A stretch of DNA of 64,000 bases from Octopus vulgaris (lineage: Eukaryota): positions 54,312,001 through 54,376,000 of the forward strand of contig OX597814.1 of NCBI GenBank assembly GCA_951406725.2, written 5' to 3'. Both the position numbers and the translations under genes were made by a program. The notes under the pieces were generated by a model that searched no databases, was not told the DNA's origin, and saw only the letters and a program-made list of their open reading frames with translations. Below, one piece after another: positions 38,670-51,639 of this stretch; position 1 is the first letter of the stretch, and the number at the start of each line of letters is the position of its first letter.

Positions 38670-40480
38670 CCAAAGGTCTGCAGAAACTTGTCGGGGAGAT
38701 TCCACGCAGAAGTGGGTCTTTTTCAAAACAGAACGGTTTACGCAATGCTAGAAGGATCTTTAGAGACTTCAGAAGCCGAATTTCAGGTTATTCTAGATGT
38801 TTTTTCCATTTTCTGTATGTTACACCTACATGGCCATTCTAAAAGTTGGCTGTGTAAATGTACAAGGTCACTTGCTCATTGACCTTAGGTCACTTGCTCA
38901 TTGACCTTAGGTCACTAGATATAGTGTAACTATCACTAAGATCAACATTTTTAAGACGCTCACGCTCGTACTTTTCCTAGACCTGTTTCGGTTGACCCGG
39001 ATCGAGTAGGGTGGAAGTGTTGTTTTCAAAATGTTTAGATCAAAACAGTTGGTTGATACTGGGTGTGAACAATAGTGAAGCCGGACGCACAAACAATAGT
39101 GAGGGTCAGGCTCCTTCAGGCGTCAAGAAACATTTTTGGACATATTACTGTTAGTGGGCTGCTGTATCGGCGACTCAGGCACACGCGGCGATTGTGTAGA
39201 ACTTGTTAAAGCAGAAAGTCGAGGCAAACTACTTGCAAGCAGTTCTGATTCTTAGACACATACCGATAGGATTTTCCGAATTTATCAACGTGAACCAGAA
39301 GAAATCACATTGGTTCATCAAAATTGCATCTACATAGGTTTTTTTTCCTTTCATAAATTAGTGACTAAAGATACGGAGGCGCCTACAGTTTCGGTTATGC
39401 GACTATTCAGACTACAAGTTTTGCACTGATCTGTACTGTAAGCTTAGATAAGACTCATAGACAGAGATCCGATTACTTGAAGCAGAACGCATCATTCCCA
39501 GTGAGTAAAGCTAATAGCGATCAGGAATAAGAAAGTAAGAAAACCATTAGAGTTGATAAGGTTTGGCAAAGACAGCAGATTAGAAGATATATTAGGAAAC
39601 ATATTATGACCGACGTACTTGCCGCAAAAACGATACTCGGTCATTTCTTTAACGTGAAATACATAATGCGCGATAATGGACATAAGATGCGACGTAGTAA
39701 CAAAGCCACCATCCAGTCTTTGGTTGACTATGATAGGTGTGTGCCACTCGATTCCAGGAAAATGTATGCGAATAATATTCAACAACACTTTACTGACTGC
39801 TTGAGGTAAACGGTGAATTTTAATGTTTTTCTCGGTGGCCTGCCGCGACTTTCTCAAGGATAGGTAGACTACTGCAAACAATTTAGTTACACCACTGCGA
39901 AATACGTGAGATACTGTCCATGTGTGAAGGGCAAGTCACCGTGTTTCGATAGTCTACCTAACGATCTTTGAGTAATAAGGGTCAAGCTTGTTCGCTTTTG
40001 GCAGGCAATCTATCGTATATCGCCCATTGCAATTTGAAACAAACTGAGAGCTTTCCAATTTGTATGTGCTATAAAGTGGTGATGCTATTGAATAAAGACG
40101 CGAACAAGAGGGTCATGATTTATTATTTCAGTTCCATAACCCGGCTGAATGAAGAATGAAAGATTTTAGCTAAGGTGACAGAGAATAGGTTGACGCTTGT
40201 CGTCGGTAGATTCGCTGCTACACACAAGCTTGTACGATTCCCAGCTGGGCTATATAAAGACCTTTATCTCGTGTGATATACGATAGAGACTGAATGTAAC
40301 AAATTTAGCTTCGACAGAGACTCTGATCAATTTATATCAATTTAAAGATTTCATCAGGGTTCGATCATATGCAACCAGTTTCACTTTTGCTTACAAAGGC
40401 TGGATCACTTCGATGTACCGCAGTGTCTGCTCGATTAGATGAAATGACCACATATCAGAACTATATGGCTCGAAGAATAT
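38670..40480 (+). mobile_element. L1/Tx1-clade LINE remnant (APE start to RT N-terminus)
   Basis: MAILKVGCVNVQG at 38830 (APE domain I); KGKSPCFDSLP; LLNKD...SSITRLNEE*KILAKVTENRL; LINLYQFKDFIRV (decayed LDQSKAFDRV). Confidence 0.8.
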
Positions 40481-41824
40481 TTTGAATGTCATTTATTTTG
40501 ATAGTTGAGTACCTAGCAAAAACAAACAAGCAAACAAACAAAAAACGAGATGAGTATGTTCTGGTTCGCTTCTACCTGGGAAGTTGCTGCAGTTAGAGGT
40601 GGTGGAAGGAAATTTGAGGTTCATCGGTGTTCTGATTATTATAGATACCAACGTCGCGGGCGAACACAACTGCAGTGATTACAGAAATAGTAATAGTGAT
40701 ATGGTGTACAACAGTAGCAACAATAAAAAAAGAACAATACCAATAGTCAAGAACAGCAACACCACAACCTCCACTGTCACGAATAGTTTTTACAAGATCA
40801 ACACTATCAACAACTACGAGCCAACGAGGGTGCCTGTATGCGGTCGCTTGACCTACTAGAAATAGCAGCCAAATCTCCTTCGAATCGTACCCTACCTATC
40901 ATATGAAGTAACGATGACATATCATATAATGTAGTCCTATATTCCTCTTACAGGATAGGGTGGTCACAACTGGAATGACCCTCACCCTGGGTCAATTCGA
41001 TCAAGTCTAACTTTGGATTAAATAGCAACAAGAACGGCGATAGCAGTAGCAGAAATGACAGTATCAGCAACAACTACACACTTGAATGATTTGCTCGTAT
41101 CCCAAGCTCTTGGACGCAACATTCGCTAGTGTCAAAGGTTGATTTTTTAAATAAAAACACAAGCAGTACATTATATCATATGGTGTGATATCCCCAACCA
41201 AATGTAAAATGTTCATCGCAATCTAAGACCTATTACATAAGGTATGCACGTAGGCTGGTAGGTTTCAGTCTTTTGACTTCATGATGCATGAGAGATTATA
41301 TAACAAAAAAATAATGACTTCTTATGCACGAAAATTTAACGTAAACTATTTTGAAGTTAATTTTAAAATTAGCGGAAGATTTAGAAAAATTATTGATTAC
41401 TTTGTCTATTTACCATACTTGACACAATTATGAATAACATGTTTTTCTTTTAAATGTTCAAGCATTAATAAGCTGTTCTTTTTCTTTAAAGCCTTATATT
41501 ATATTTTTAAAAATCCACATCGCATTAAGATCCATTGCGAAAGCATTAAATCACAGCGCAACGTTTGGGTACCATTGATGTGGGCATGCAAGCATGACTA
41601 AATTCTTGTTACTCGCAAACTGAGAAGTGCTTTAGAGAAGTATTGGTTACTGTATAACACGTCAAAAAGGCGACAGTATAAAACAGCTGAAGCTTTTGAG
41701 TCATAATGAAGAGCAGGTGGGAAAAAATCTTGCAAATTTGGAAGAGAAAGAAAATATCGGTTGTTAATAGTCACTGAGAGATTGACATATAGTGGTATGG
41801 TAGGTAAACTTTCGAGTCCAAGAA

Positions 41825-42068
41825 AGACTATGCCACCAACTTGCACAGATGATCTGTTTATAGTGATTAGATGTTTGAGTTTTACATTTGCCCATTACCT
41901 CCGTCAAATCGATATTACTTGTACAGGCGCACTGCATGCCACATGTCAGATATCGAAATGAAATGAGGTGTTTTGCTCAAAACCACAACGCACCACAGAA
42001 TCCAGATATCATAACCGCAATCTTGTGATCGTGAGTGTAAAACCATAATCACTAGCCTACACGCCTTC
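41825..42068 (-). mobile_element. SINE family B variant
   Basis: Aligns with 54925-55185; tRNA-like head at the right end. Confidence 0.75.
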
Positions 42069-42158
42069 GCTATTGTAGCAAGTTTTCTATAGAGGGAGAT
42101 AGATTTCTATATAAACTGAAAGACTGGAGAGTTTGACGAGTTTAAGTGATAGCTCTGA

Positions 42159-43812
42159 TATACTGTTTTTTAGTATTTTCTGTCTGTTGAATGGGTTTTG
42201 TGAAATTTTGATTGTTGTGTGCTGCTTTGCAGCAATTTTTTCATGCTTTCTCTCATCGAGAGTTAGCGATGGCTGGGAAAAAGAACTTGTTTTACTCAGA
42301 CCTTAGCGGGTCTGAGTTATTCACGTCAGAGGAGGAGCTGTTAAGAACGGTCAATGAAATGGATAAACAACTGGAAAGAAGGGAAATGAATTTTGCAGAC
42401 GTTACAAAAAGGTTCGGAAGATAATGTGGAAATTGAAATAGGTAGATATAAAAATCTTTTAAGCCGGTATGGCTTCAACCTTCCACCCCGCAAGAAATGA
42501 TTAGTAAAATGAAGGAAACAACAGTGATATACAAAACACACTCAGTGAAGGCTTGTAAAGTGGACAATATAACAATTGAACAAGTAGAGAAGGCGCTGAG
42601 GCCTATCTGGCAAGAGATTGTGTATCTTGCCAGAGGGGCGAAGTACGGAGAAGTGGAAGTCCAGTTTAAGGACGAAACAACAGAGAAAAAACATGCAGCG
42701 ACCAAGATAAGGAATGAAGAAATAGTACTTTTACCCAGGTACCTGGGACAGAGAGCGTCACGGGTTAGGATGGAAAGAATTCCACCGGAGATGGATGTGG
42801 CCTGGATAGCAGCCGCTGTTCTAATGAGTAATGAAGATAGCGGTGCTCCAGGCTACGAAAACAAAAAGTGTTAATTGGAAGAGTCAGACACTGAATATGA
42901 TTATTCAGGGGTCGAACGTGACGATAGGGGACATGGTGGAGACCTTAACGGTGAACGACACAATAATGAATGTCAGAATGGAGGGCAGAATCCTTCGCTG
43001 CTTTAAATGTGGTCTAAAGGGCCACATTAGAGCGAAATGCCCTCTACCGAACAAAGAGACAGTGAGACCACAAGAGGAAGAACCCAGGAGGAACCACAGG
43101 GAGAACAAAAGGAAGAAAGAATGTTACCGGTAGAGGTGGAAGAAGATGAGGTGGAGAAAGAATGGGAGACAACGAGGAAAAGAAAAATGAGAAAAAGGAA
43201 GAAATTAAGTCCAACACACACAGAACCCCACGCCACAATTACCCAATGCCCACCCACACCCTCTTTGTCCCACCCTCTCCCTGCAGACACCAAACCTTCC
43301 CATTCCCCTCCAACACAAAAACAAAAAAGAAAAGCATTAACACACAGGAACCCACAAACTTCCCCTTCCACTGGTTGCTTTGCGTGTGTTGTACGAGGAA
43401 GCGGAAAACGAACTGGCTAAAAAGGTGATGGAATAAGAGAATACAGTGTTTGTTGGGGTGGAGGTGGGTATTGACGGGTGCCATACACGCGTACTAATAA
43501 CAGAAGAACAGAAAAATGAGATTGAAAAATACAAAGCAAAATACGAGGTTTGGAAGGTGGAGTATGATAAGGAGAGATTACCAGAGAATATAAAATATGA
43601 GGAACTCAAAGAAGGCTACGGACTCGATATAATGGAATATAGAGAAAAAAGGGAGTAATGTTGCTTAGTGGGGCAGGTAGCGCCACTTTCATTTTTCATT
43701 TTCATTATCATTGTACCATACGTTTTTATTTATTTATTTTTTTCATTTGTTCTATCTCCCCACATGTATTGTACTGTCCTCTCTTCGTTGGCTCCTTGTG
43801 GGCCATAAAGAA
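42159..43812 (+). mobile_element. ORF1-only L1/Tx1-type retroelement (frameshifted ORF ~42269-43658 with CCHC zinc knuckle)
   Basis: Chained ORFs 42212, 42497, 42831, 43037 and 43446; RCFKCGLKGHIRAKCP (CX2CX4HX4C); flanked by 23-bp direct repeats at 42136-42158 and 43813-43835. Confidence 0.8.
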
Positions 43813-43912
43813 ACGAGTTTAGGTAATAGCTCTGAGAACACTATTTGAGCGGAATTGAAGGAATACCGTCAATACTGATTACCTTCCTTAGATTTTAGTG
43901 GCCGGAGAAGTA

Positions 43913-44328
43913 GGATCTTTACCTATTGACCGACAGATTTGTTTGTCAGCAACAACTATTGGCGGTGTATTTTTCGTTTGTCACTGTTATTTATGACATC
44001 GTTCGTGCTTTTGTTCTGGTTTTAGCGTTAAGGTTTTAGGGTTAGGGTTGTCATAAATAACAGTGACAAACGAAATATTCACTGCCGGAAGTTCTCGTTG
44101 ACAAACAACAGCAGTAATTTTATTCAGCTGAATACACGTCATTGATTGGTTGAAATTACCGAAATACTACAACTTTAACGTGAAATAACTTCCTAAATAT
44201 ATGCTTTTCTCAAAAACGCTAAGAGTAAAATATGTTTTATATGACACATTCTACCAGTGTCCGAAGTTTGAAAGTGTTTAGTTACAAAAAATTATTTTAA
44301 AAATCTGTCGGTCAAAAGGTAAAAATCC
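43913..44328. mobile_element. MITE with 28-bp TIRs and a 6-bp TSD
   Basis: GGATCTTTACCTATTGACCGACAGATTT versus reverse complement of the right end GGATTTTTACCTTTTGACCGACAGATTT (26/28); GAAGTA on both flanks. Confidence 0.92.
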
Positions 44329-46299
44329 GAAGTATTATAGTTCGGCGACTGAGTGCATTGATGATGAGGTAGAAAAGTTGATAAAGATTTTGCTCTCTGT
44401 GAGTGTGCACTGTGTAAAATTGGAAGCAACAAGAGCTGCGTATTCAGAAACTCTAGCTGTATGTGTGCTATTTAAAGAGCCGCCTTGACTAGGAAATTGC
44501 AGAGTGATGGATTTAGTAAAAAAATTTCAGATTTATAGATATATTAACAAAAGAACATTCTTTTAAATTCTTCTAGTAAATAAAGTGTTGGTTTCTAACG
44601 AAGAAACAAACTATCGCAACTGGAATTTAGGCATCAACAACTGTAAAAAATACGTATCTTACATATTTTCAAAGCCCCGCTTGTTACACAAAATTAATGA
44701 AAATAGTTCTTTTATCTTTTACTTATTTCAGTCATTGGACTGTGGCCATACTGGGGCACTACCTTGAATGGTTTAGTCGAACAAATTGACTCCAGTATTT
44801 TTTAAAGTTTGGTACTTATTCTGTAAGAGTACAGCAATATCCTGCATCATTAGTATTACTTCTCCATTAGTATTCTATTTTTTAAGGGGGTTCTTTTGAA
44901 TAGTGCATCACTATTGCTCCTTGTAACTGCATGGTAAGCTGGCAGGTGGCTATAGTACTTGTATGGCCAATATAATGGCTGGTGTCGTGAATTTAAGAAT
45001 TTTAATGTAAGCAATGTAATTTTAAATTAGACATTAAGTCATCTGTAGCTTTTGGGGGTTTACATGTTTATGGCTTGTTATTGATAATGCAGCTTTTAAT
45101 TTTAATACATTTTGTGTTTAGTTTTTATATTTCTGATTTGATCTACTCTGTAGCCGATTCATTTTATTCAAGAATTAAGAAATCATTTCCTGCGTAGGCG
45201 AACAAAATAATTCCCACCTGTTGTCCATATAGACAAGTGGTGCTCCCCACCCCTCACTTGGCTGGTGTCCATTTTCACCTTTCTGCATACGATCTCATTT
45301 ACCTTTATATTGAGAACTTTCCATTCCTTGTCATTCTTGTCTGTTTTATTTAGATTTATGAAGAAGTCGATATTGACGTAGTGGGCGAATTCAAGCGGGT
45401 CAGCAAGTCTTCTTTCTTTTTTCTTCACCTCATAATTATTTCTAATTAGTTTTTTAATGCACCTTGAAATAAAATGTTGACACTAATTTAACTATTGTTT
45501 TTCATGCCGATGACGTCTTTGAGTTATTTATTGTCGGGACAATTCTATTTTTATGCACCAGTCTGTGTTCATACACAATGTACATTTAATGGTTCTTCCA
45601 TCACTGCTTTGCTTAGTACGATAAGGTCTATGCTTCACCGCATAAGAATAATAAAAATTGAAACGTGTTATGAAGTTGTCACCCATACATGCCGAAACGA
45701 TAAAAACAGCATTAGCCATTAACTAATATTATTTTCTCACCGTATAATTATTTATAGTTGTTTTTTCTAATGATCTTTGCATTAACGCCAAATTGAATAT
45801 ATTTTCACAAGGTTAGCTTGAATTAGAAGTGAATCTGGAAGGGAAACTTTTAGAGGAAACACCACGAACATAGTCATAGTGACGATGGTACTGGCTGCTT
45901 CACTCAGGTTAGACCTGAATGTTGTGTTGTAAAGAGACACGAAGACTGAAAGCCGTGTTCTGGGTCCGATTGACAGAGATGCGACACGCAACAAATTCAC
46001 TGTATACGCTGTTTCACGAACCTTGTTCGTCGATGTCAAACCTAGGAGAGAGAGAGAGAGAAGGGGGGGGGGGGCTATGGAACTTAGTGGTATATCTCGC
46101 CCAAAAATTGATAAAAATAAAGATATCTCTGAAAGACTGGCTGAAAGTGGCCAACTGGTGTTTTGCTTTGGTTGTGAACAACCACCTGGCGTCCGTGCCT
46201 TATTTCAGAAGTTCTGACTAAATTTCAACCGCCTGCTTTTCCTGTTTTCTCTTCTTTTTTACAGAAAGGATAAATTCTCTTGGTGACTCGATCCCATAC

Positions 46300-47370
46300 C
46301 ATTACCTAATTTGTGGAGTCTCGGCATATTCTCTTTGAATATGCACTGAAGCCACGGGATCTCCTTAGTTACTTCGACGGGAAACCGGTCCATATACTGT
46401 TAGTATTCTTTGGACGGACAGCACAGGATGTCGTGGTTGTTAATACGCAAACATATCCTAAGGCTGTGGCATCTACAAAGATTTCTTGATGGAGAGTATC
46501 TGTGATCGCCCTTTATCAGACACGTCTTTCTGCAGTTCATTTCCTTGACGGGGCTGTAGTTTTGGATCAAGCGGAGATCAAAAACTAGACGCTTGCCATC
46601 AGGAATGTTCTCAGATAGCGACAGACCTTTACCAGTCGGGCAATGCAAACAATAGAACGTCGGCATCTGCGTTTTATAAAAGACTAGTAGTGGATGGGAA
46701 AGAGTAACAACATTCTCGGGAAAACTTTAGGCGCCGATGAGAATCAAAGAAATGGTCTGTGCCAAAGAACTTTCAACTGAAGAACTATTGATAACGTCCA
46801 GAAATACCTGAGCTGGCAGTGATATCCCGGAGCATTGTTAGTTCGTGACATATTCTACGGGCACGGAAGCGCAGTCAGCCGGGTCTCTCTGAGATATTGC
46901 GCGAAACGATGAAACTGTTTTGCACGCACTTGTCCAGTGTCCGAGCATTATAGTCTTGTAGATCTATTGTCGTTAGGATGTGAAGATAAGCACACCACCT
47001 TCTTTGGTCGAAAAGGTCAGACAGTTTCCCTTTGTTTGATGGCTATGGCGAAAAAGATTGTGTAGCGGACGAGACTGAAATAATTCAAGGCAGGCACCTT
47101 ATTTGTCGTTCAAGCCCTCATCAACATTTTCAAGATTCATTTGGAGAACGTGAGGGTGAAAAGGGAAGGACAACCACCTCAGAAAATTCTTTGAGACGTG
47201 GGTGAAAATAGTGAATATGGTACGAGTGAACGAGCCAACTCTCTGAGCATGCATTTGTAGACCAGGGAACGAAATGTGGGAGAGGGGACTTGTCCGTGGT
47301 AGTTAGGGTCCTCGAGGTTTTATGGAGTTTTCTTGATTGATCCTAAGCAGCTATCCCTGTTTTCCGGAAT
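46300..47370 (+). mobile_element. L1/Tx1-clade LINE ORF2 C-terminal remnant (zf-RVT region)
   Basis: TIDNVQKYLSWQ*YPGALLVRD...HGSAV...NDETVLHALVQCP. Confidence 0.8.
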
Positions 47371-48205
47371 TCTTTCAGAAGTTCTAAAATAATGTATTTT
47401 AGAATTTTATTATATTTTACACTTTACACCTAAATTCCTATTGCGTTTGTATCTTGTTCTCACTATTGTCCCTGAGCTCCCGTTGTTAGTTAAGAAATTA
47501 TTATTATTGTTATTATCATAGTTGTTGTTAATGCTGTACTTTGGCTCAATCGTTTGCGCGCCGGACAAAATACTGCAAAGCATTTCGTCCATCAATACCT
47601 GCTGAGTTCATATTCCTCCGAAGCTGACTTTACCTTTCATCTTTCCCGGGTTGATTTTGAATTACTTTTTAATTCAGAAGGATCTTTTCTTTACACATTA
47701 TTGCACATATTTTATTTAGAATATTCTTTCAAAATATTTGCATTTTAATCGCAGTAAATATATCCCTAGCAGTAAGAAACACTAGAGGGAGCTGAGCAGC
47801 AGGTTTTCAGAGATCCTCTGCTGTTCACTTCACTCCATACACTTTAAGGCCATGACATACTGTGCTGTTGACAGCATTGTAAACTACTTGGACCCAGATC
47901 CAAGGTGCCTTAACTGTAGGGTAAATTCCTACATATTATGAGGGGATTCTCGGAACGCCGAAATATTAAAGTCGAGAGTCGGTTCGACTGGAGATCTTAA
48001 AGCTGCTGGTTCAATTTTGAGTTTTGGCATGTTGAAATTCTATTTTATTCCTGAAATTAGTAACAAACAAATTTTCTATAGCTAGATTTAATAAGAGACG
48101 TGGTGGTGGTAGTGGAACGTTCTTCGCTCTCACGTGTCCATACACACGCGCAGACATGCATACGTACGTACGTACGTACATACATACATACATACATACA
48201 TACAT

Positions 48206-48254
<49 letters not shown>

Positions 48255-48329
48255 TATGTATGTATGTATGTATGTATGTATATATGCGCATAATTATCAT
48301 TATAATAAGATTACACATTCTCAGAACAG

Positions 48330-49028
48330 TGTATTAGCAGGTTCAGTATAGTGTCGGAGAATGCATTGAAATATTTTCTGATATTGCTTTACGTTATGGG
48401 TTCAAATCTTGCTGGCGCTACCTTTCATTTCTTTCTTCCAATGATTGATAAAATAATGTTGTAGTTAAGTAATGGAATCAATTTAATCAAATTATAGGAG
48501 AGAGAGGTGGGGGAAGAGAGAAAGAGAATCCCTCTCCTCAAATTTGAAGTCTGTAGTCTGGCAGAATCGATAGAGCAACGAAGAATACGGTATTTGTTCT
48601 GGTTCTTTATGTTCTGAATTCAAATACAACCGAAGTCAGCTTTACCTTTCTTTCTTCAGGGCTCGATGAAATAAAGAACTCGTACCAGTCAAGTATTGAA
48701 GTTGATGGAATCAACAGATTTCTTACCCGAAATTTCTGGCTTTGTATTTATGTTAGTACCAGTGAAGAAATAGAATGTAATGACTACACCTCCCACTAAA
48801 ATCCCCAGCTTTTTGCCTAAATCAAAAACGAATAGAACTGTTAGCACGCTGGAGAAAATGCTTGCTGCTATTTATTCTGGCTCTATACGCTCTGAGTTCA
48901 AATGCCGTTGAAGTCGACTCTGCCATTCATCGTCTTGGGATTGATAAAAATAAGCATGCACCAGTCAAATGCAATCGGTTATCCCTCCTCTAAATCGCAG
49001 GCCTTGTGCCTGTAGTTGAAATAAAGAA

Positions 49029-49081
<53 letters not shown>

Positions 49082-49520
49082 GACGGCGAGTTGGCAGAAT
49101 CGTTAGCACGCCGGGCGAAATGCTCAGCGGTATTTCGTCTGTTATTCCGTTCTGAGTTCAAATTCCGCCGATGTCGACTTTGCCTTTCATCCTTCCGAGG
49201 TCGATAAAATAAGTACCAGTTGAGTACTGGGGTCGATGTGATCGACTGTCCCCCTCCCCACAAAATATAGGCCTTGTGCCTATAGTAGAAAGAATTATTA
49301 TTATCATCCTTATCATCAGCGCGGTTGATTGGGAGAATAGTTATAGTGTCGGACAACAGCCATATAGTATTTGTTCTAGCTTTGTACGTTCTGAGTTCAA
49401 ATCTTGCCGAAGCCAACTTCCCGTGGTCGATAAAATAAAAATGAAGTACGAATTAGCACCAATGCAATCAACTAATTCCTTTCCACCAAAAATATCAGAC
49501 CTCATGTCTATTATTGGAAA
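48330..49520 (+). mobile_element. Head-to-tail stack of about five SINE family C copies
   Basis: GTTCAAAT-type B-box followed by GATAAAATAA-like segments at ~48400, 48620, 48895, 49155 and 49395; youngest copy 49082-49292 follows (ATT)n. Confidence 0.8.
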
Positions 49521-50390
49521 CTATAATTATTTTTCATTAAGGGCCTTCACATGACGTAAACTCTTTCCCAGATGTCTGAATGTTATTTTCTATTCGTCAA
49601 ATATATTAAAATGTTCATATACAATAATATAATGCACATTCTGAAATGATATGCATTGAACTTTCTAATAACAAAAAGTCTATAACATTGCTTTCTTTGT
49701 CGTCGTCGTCGTTACTGCTGTCGCTCTGCCAAATGTTGACATGCGTTTTCTTCGGATTTTTAGCTGTCATGCAGTTAACTGGAGACAGCTGCAGCAACAC
49801 TCGAAACATCTGGGTAATTAAGAATTACGTAAGGAATTACATGCGGGGGTTTAGTGACGTAAATTTTGCCAGAGAATATGCTCAAGCTCAACTGATCTTC
49901 CAGCTGGGAACAGGGGAAAGAGCAAAGTTTTCGTCATCATGGTGTAATATTTAGATGTGTATGTGTGCATAATATGTATGCATGTATTTTTTCTTTCTTT
50001 CTTTTACATAATAAAACATTCGATGCATGCTGAGATATTCATTATTGCGGGGGAGTTAGGTTAAATTTAAATGGATTTTCGACAGCTTTTATTTATGTTG
50101 TTTTTATCAAGATTAATTAAAAATACATTAAAAATATTAAAGAAAAAAAAGTTGCAGAGCTGATACAAAACATACTTACATGCAATCTTATATGCCAATT
50201 ATGTCTCTCTCACACACACCTATCTGGAATATAATTACGTATGTGATGGTCAGTGACTGATTCAATATGTCATCAAAGTATTACTTCCCTATACGGATTA
50301 TAAGATTTTTGTGGGGATGAAAAAATGATTTTCAAAGTCACCTGTAGGAGAGAGTGTTCCTGAATAACCCTAAATAATAACATAAAATAA

Positions 50391-50464
<74 letters not shown>

Positions 50465-50465
50465 C

Positions 50466-50504
<39 letters not shown>

Positions 50505-51639
50505 ATGTATGTATTTGTATACATTCGCTGCTTTCTTCCAAGGAGTCTAATGCTCTTAGCTTAGTTTTTCCTTAGGGCTGGCCAGATTGGAGCAATCTCA
50601 AGTATAATCAGCCGAAATTGCGAGGATAATCAGGTGTTTGACTGAGGAAAGAAAACTTCGAATGACCCGTCCTTGTTTTCTTTGTATCGTCTATCAGGAT
50701 GTTTTATTGTCCCATTTTTGTATCACCTAGCTGTCCGGATGTTTTGCGTTCTTGTCTCTTATATGTAAGTATACATTTTTCTAAATCTTGTACGACTCTA
50801 TTTCTGTCTATCAGCCCTTTCACGCTTGTTCGTTCATTCCACTCTTCGTTCTTTCGTTTCCCCTCTCTCTTATTTCTTTGCCTTCTCTTCTAACTCACTT
50901 TCCCTCCACTTTTCACTTCACTGTGTCCCTGTCATTTTTTCTCGCCCCTCCTTAATTCCTCTGTCCCTCTGCTTCTACTTCTCTCTCTTCTCTTCCCACG
51001 TGGCCGGCGTTCAGCCAAGCCTATTCTTTCTTTCTTGGTCTGGCCGTGGTCCGTGCAACATCGATATTCCTCCCTGTGTTTGTGAAATCTTCTATCCCTG
51101 TGTTCCCCAGCTGGACGGGACGCCAGTCCATCGCAGCGTTACTCATTTTTGCCAGTTGAGTGGACTACACTATAAGGTATCTATATTCTTTCAAAGTACC
51201 AGCCAAGTGCCGAGATCGATGCAGTTGACCAACACCCATCCCATCAAAACTGCTGACCTTGTGCCTAAAACTGAAATCATTATTTGGCTCGATATTTTCC
51301 TCTGAAAAATACTCTGAAATTAAATTTTTGTGGAAAGGTGAGTGTTATAATACGGTTTTCTTTTTAATGCACATTACTTTGGTTCTAATATTTTACTAGA
51401 AAATATTTTTGAAATAAATAAATATATGAATAAAAAAAAAAAATTTGAAACGTAACTCCACTAAATAATAGAATTTGTGTAAAAAACAAAACAATTTCTT
51501 TTGTTGCAGAATCGTAATCTTATATGTTGAAAACATGTAACTCAAGAAAGAACAATAAAATGAAAAGAGTTATGGTTGCTTGTGTGCTCCGAAGAAGTTG
51601 GGGAGCGAAAATATACGTTTCATTTTTTTTTTTTTATGT

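Noticed and set aside
44030-44048. Chromosome end or fusion site suggested by TTAGGG
   Set aside because: Only two perfect units, located inside a TIR/TSD-bounded MITE
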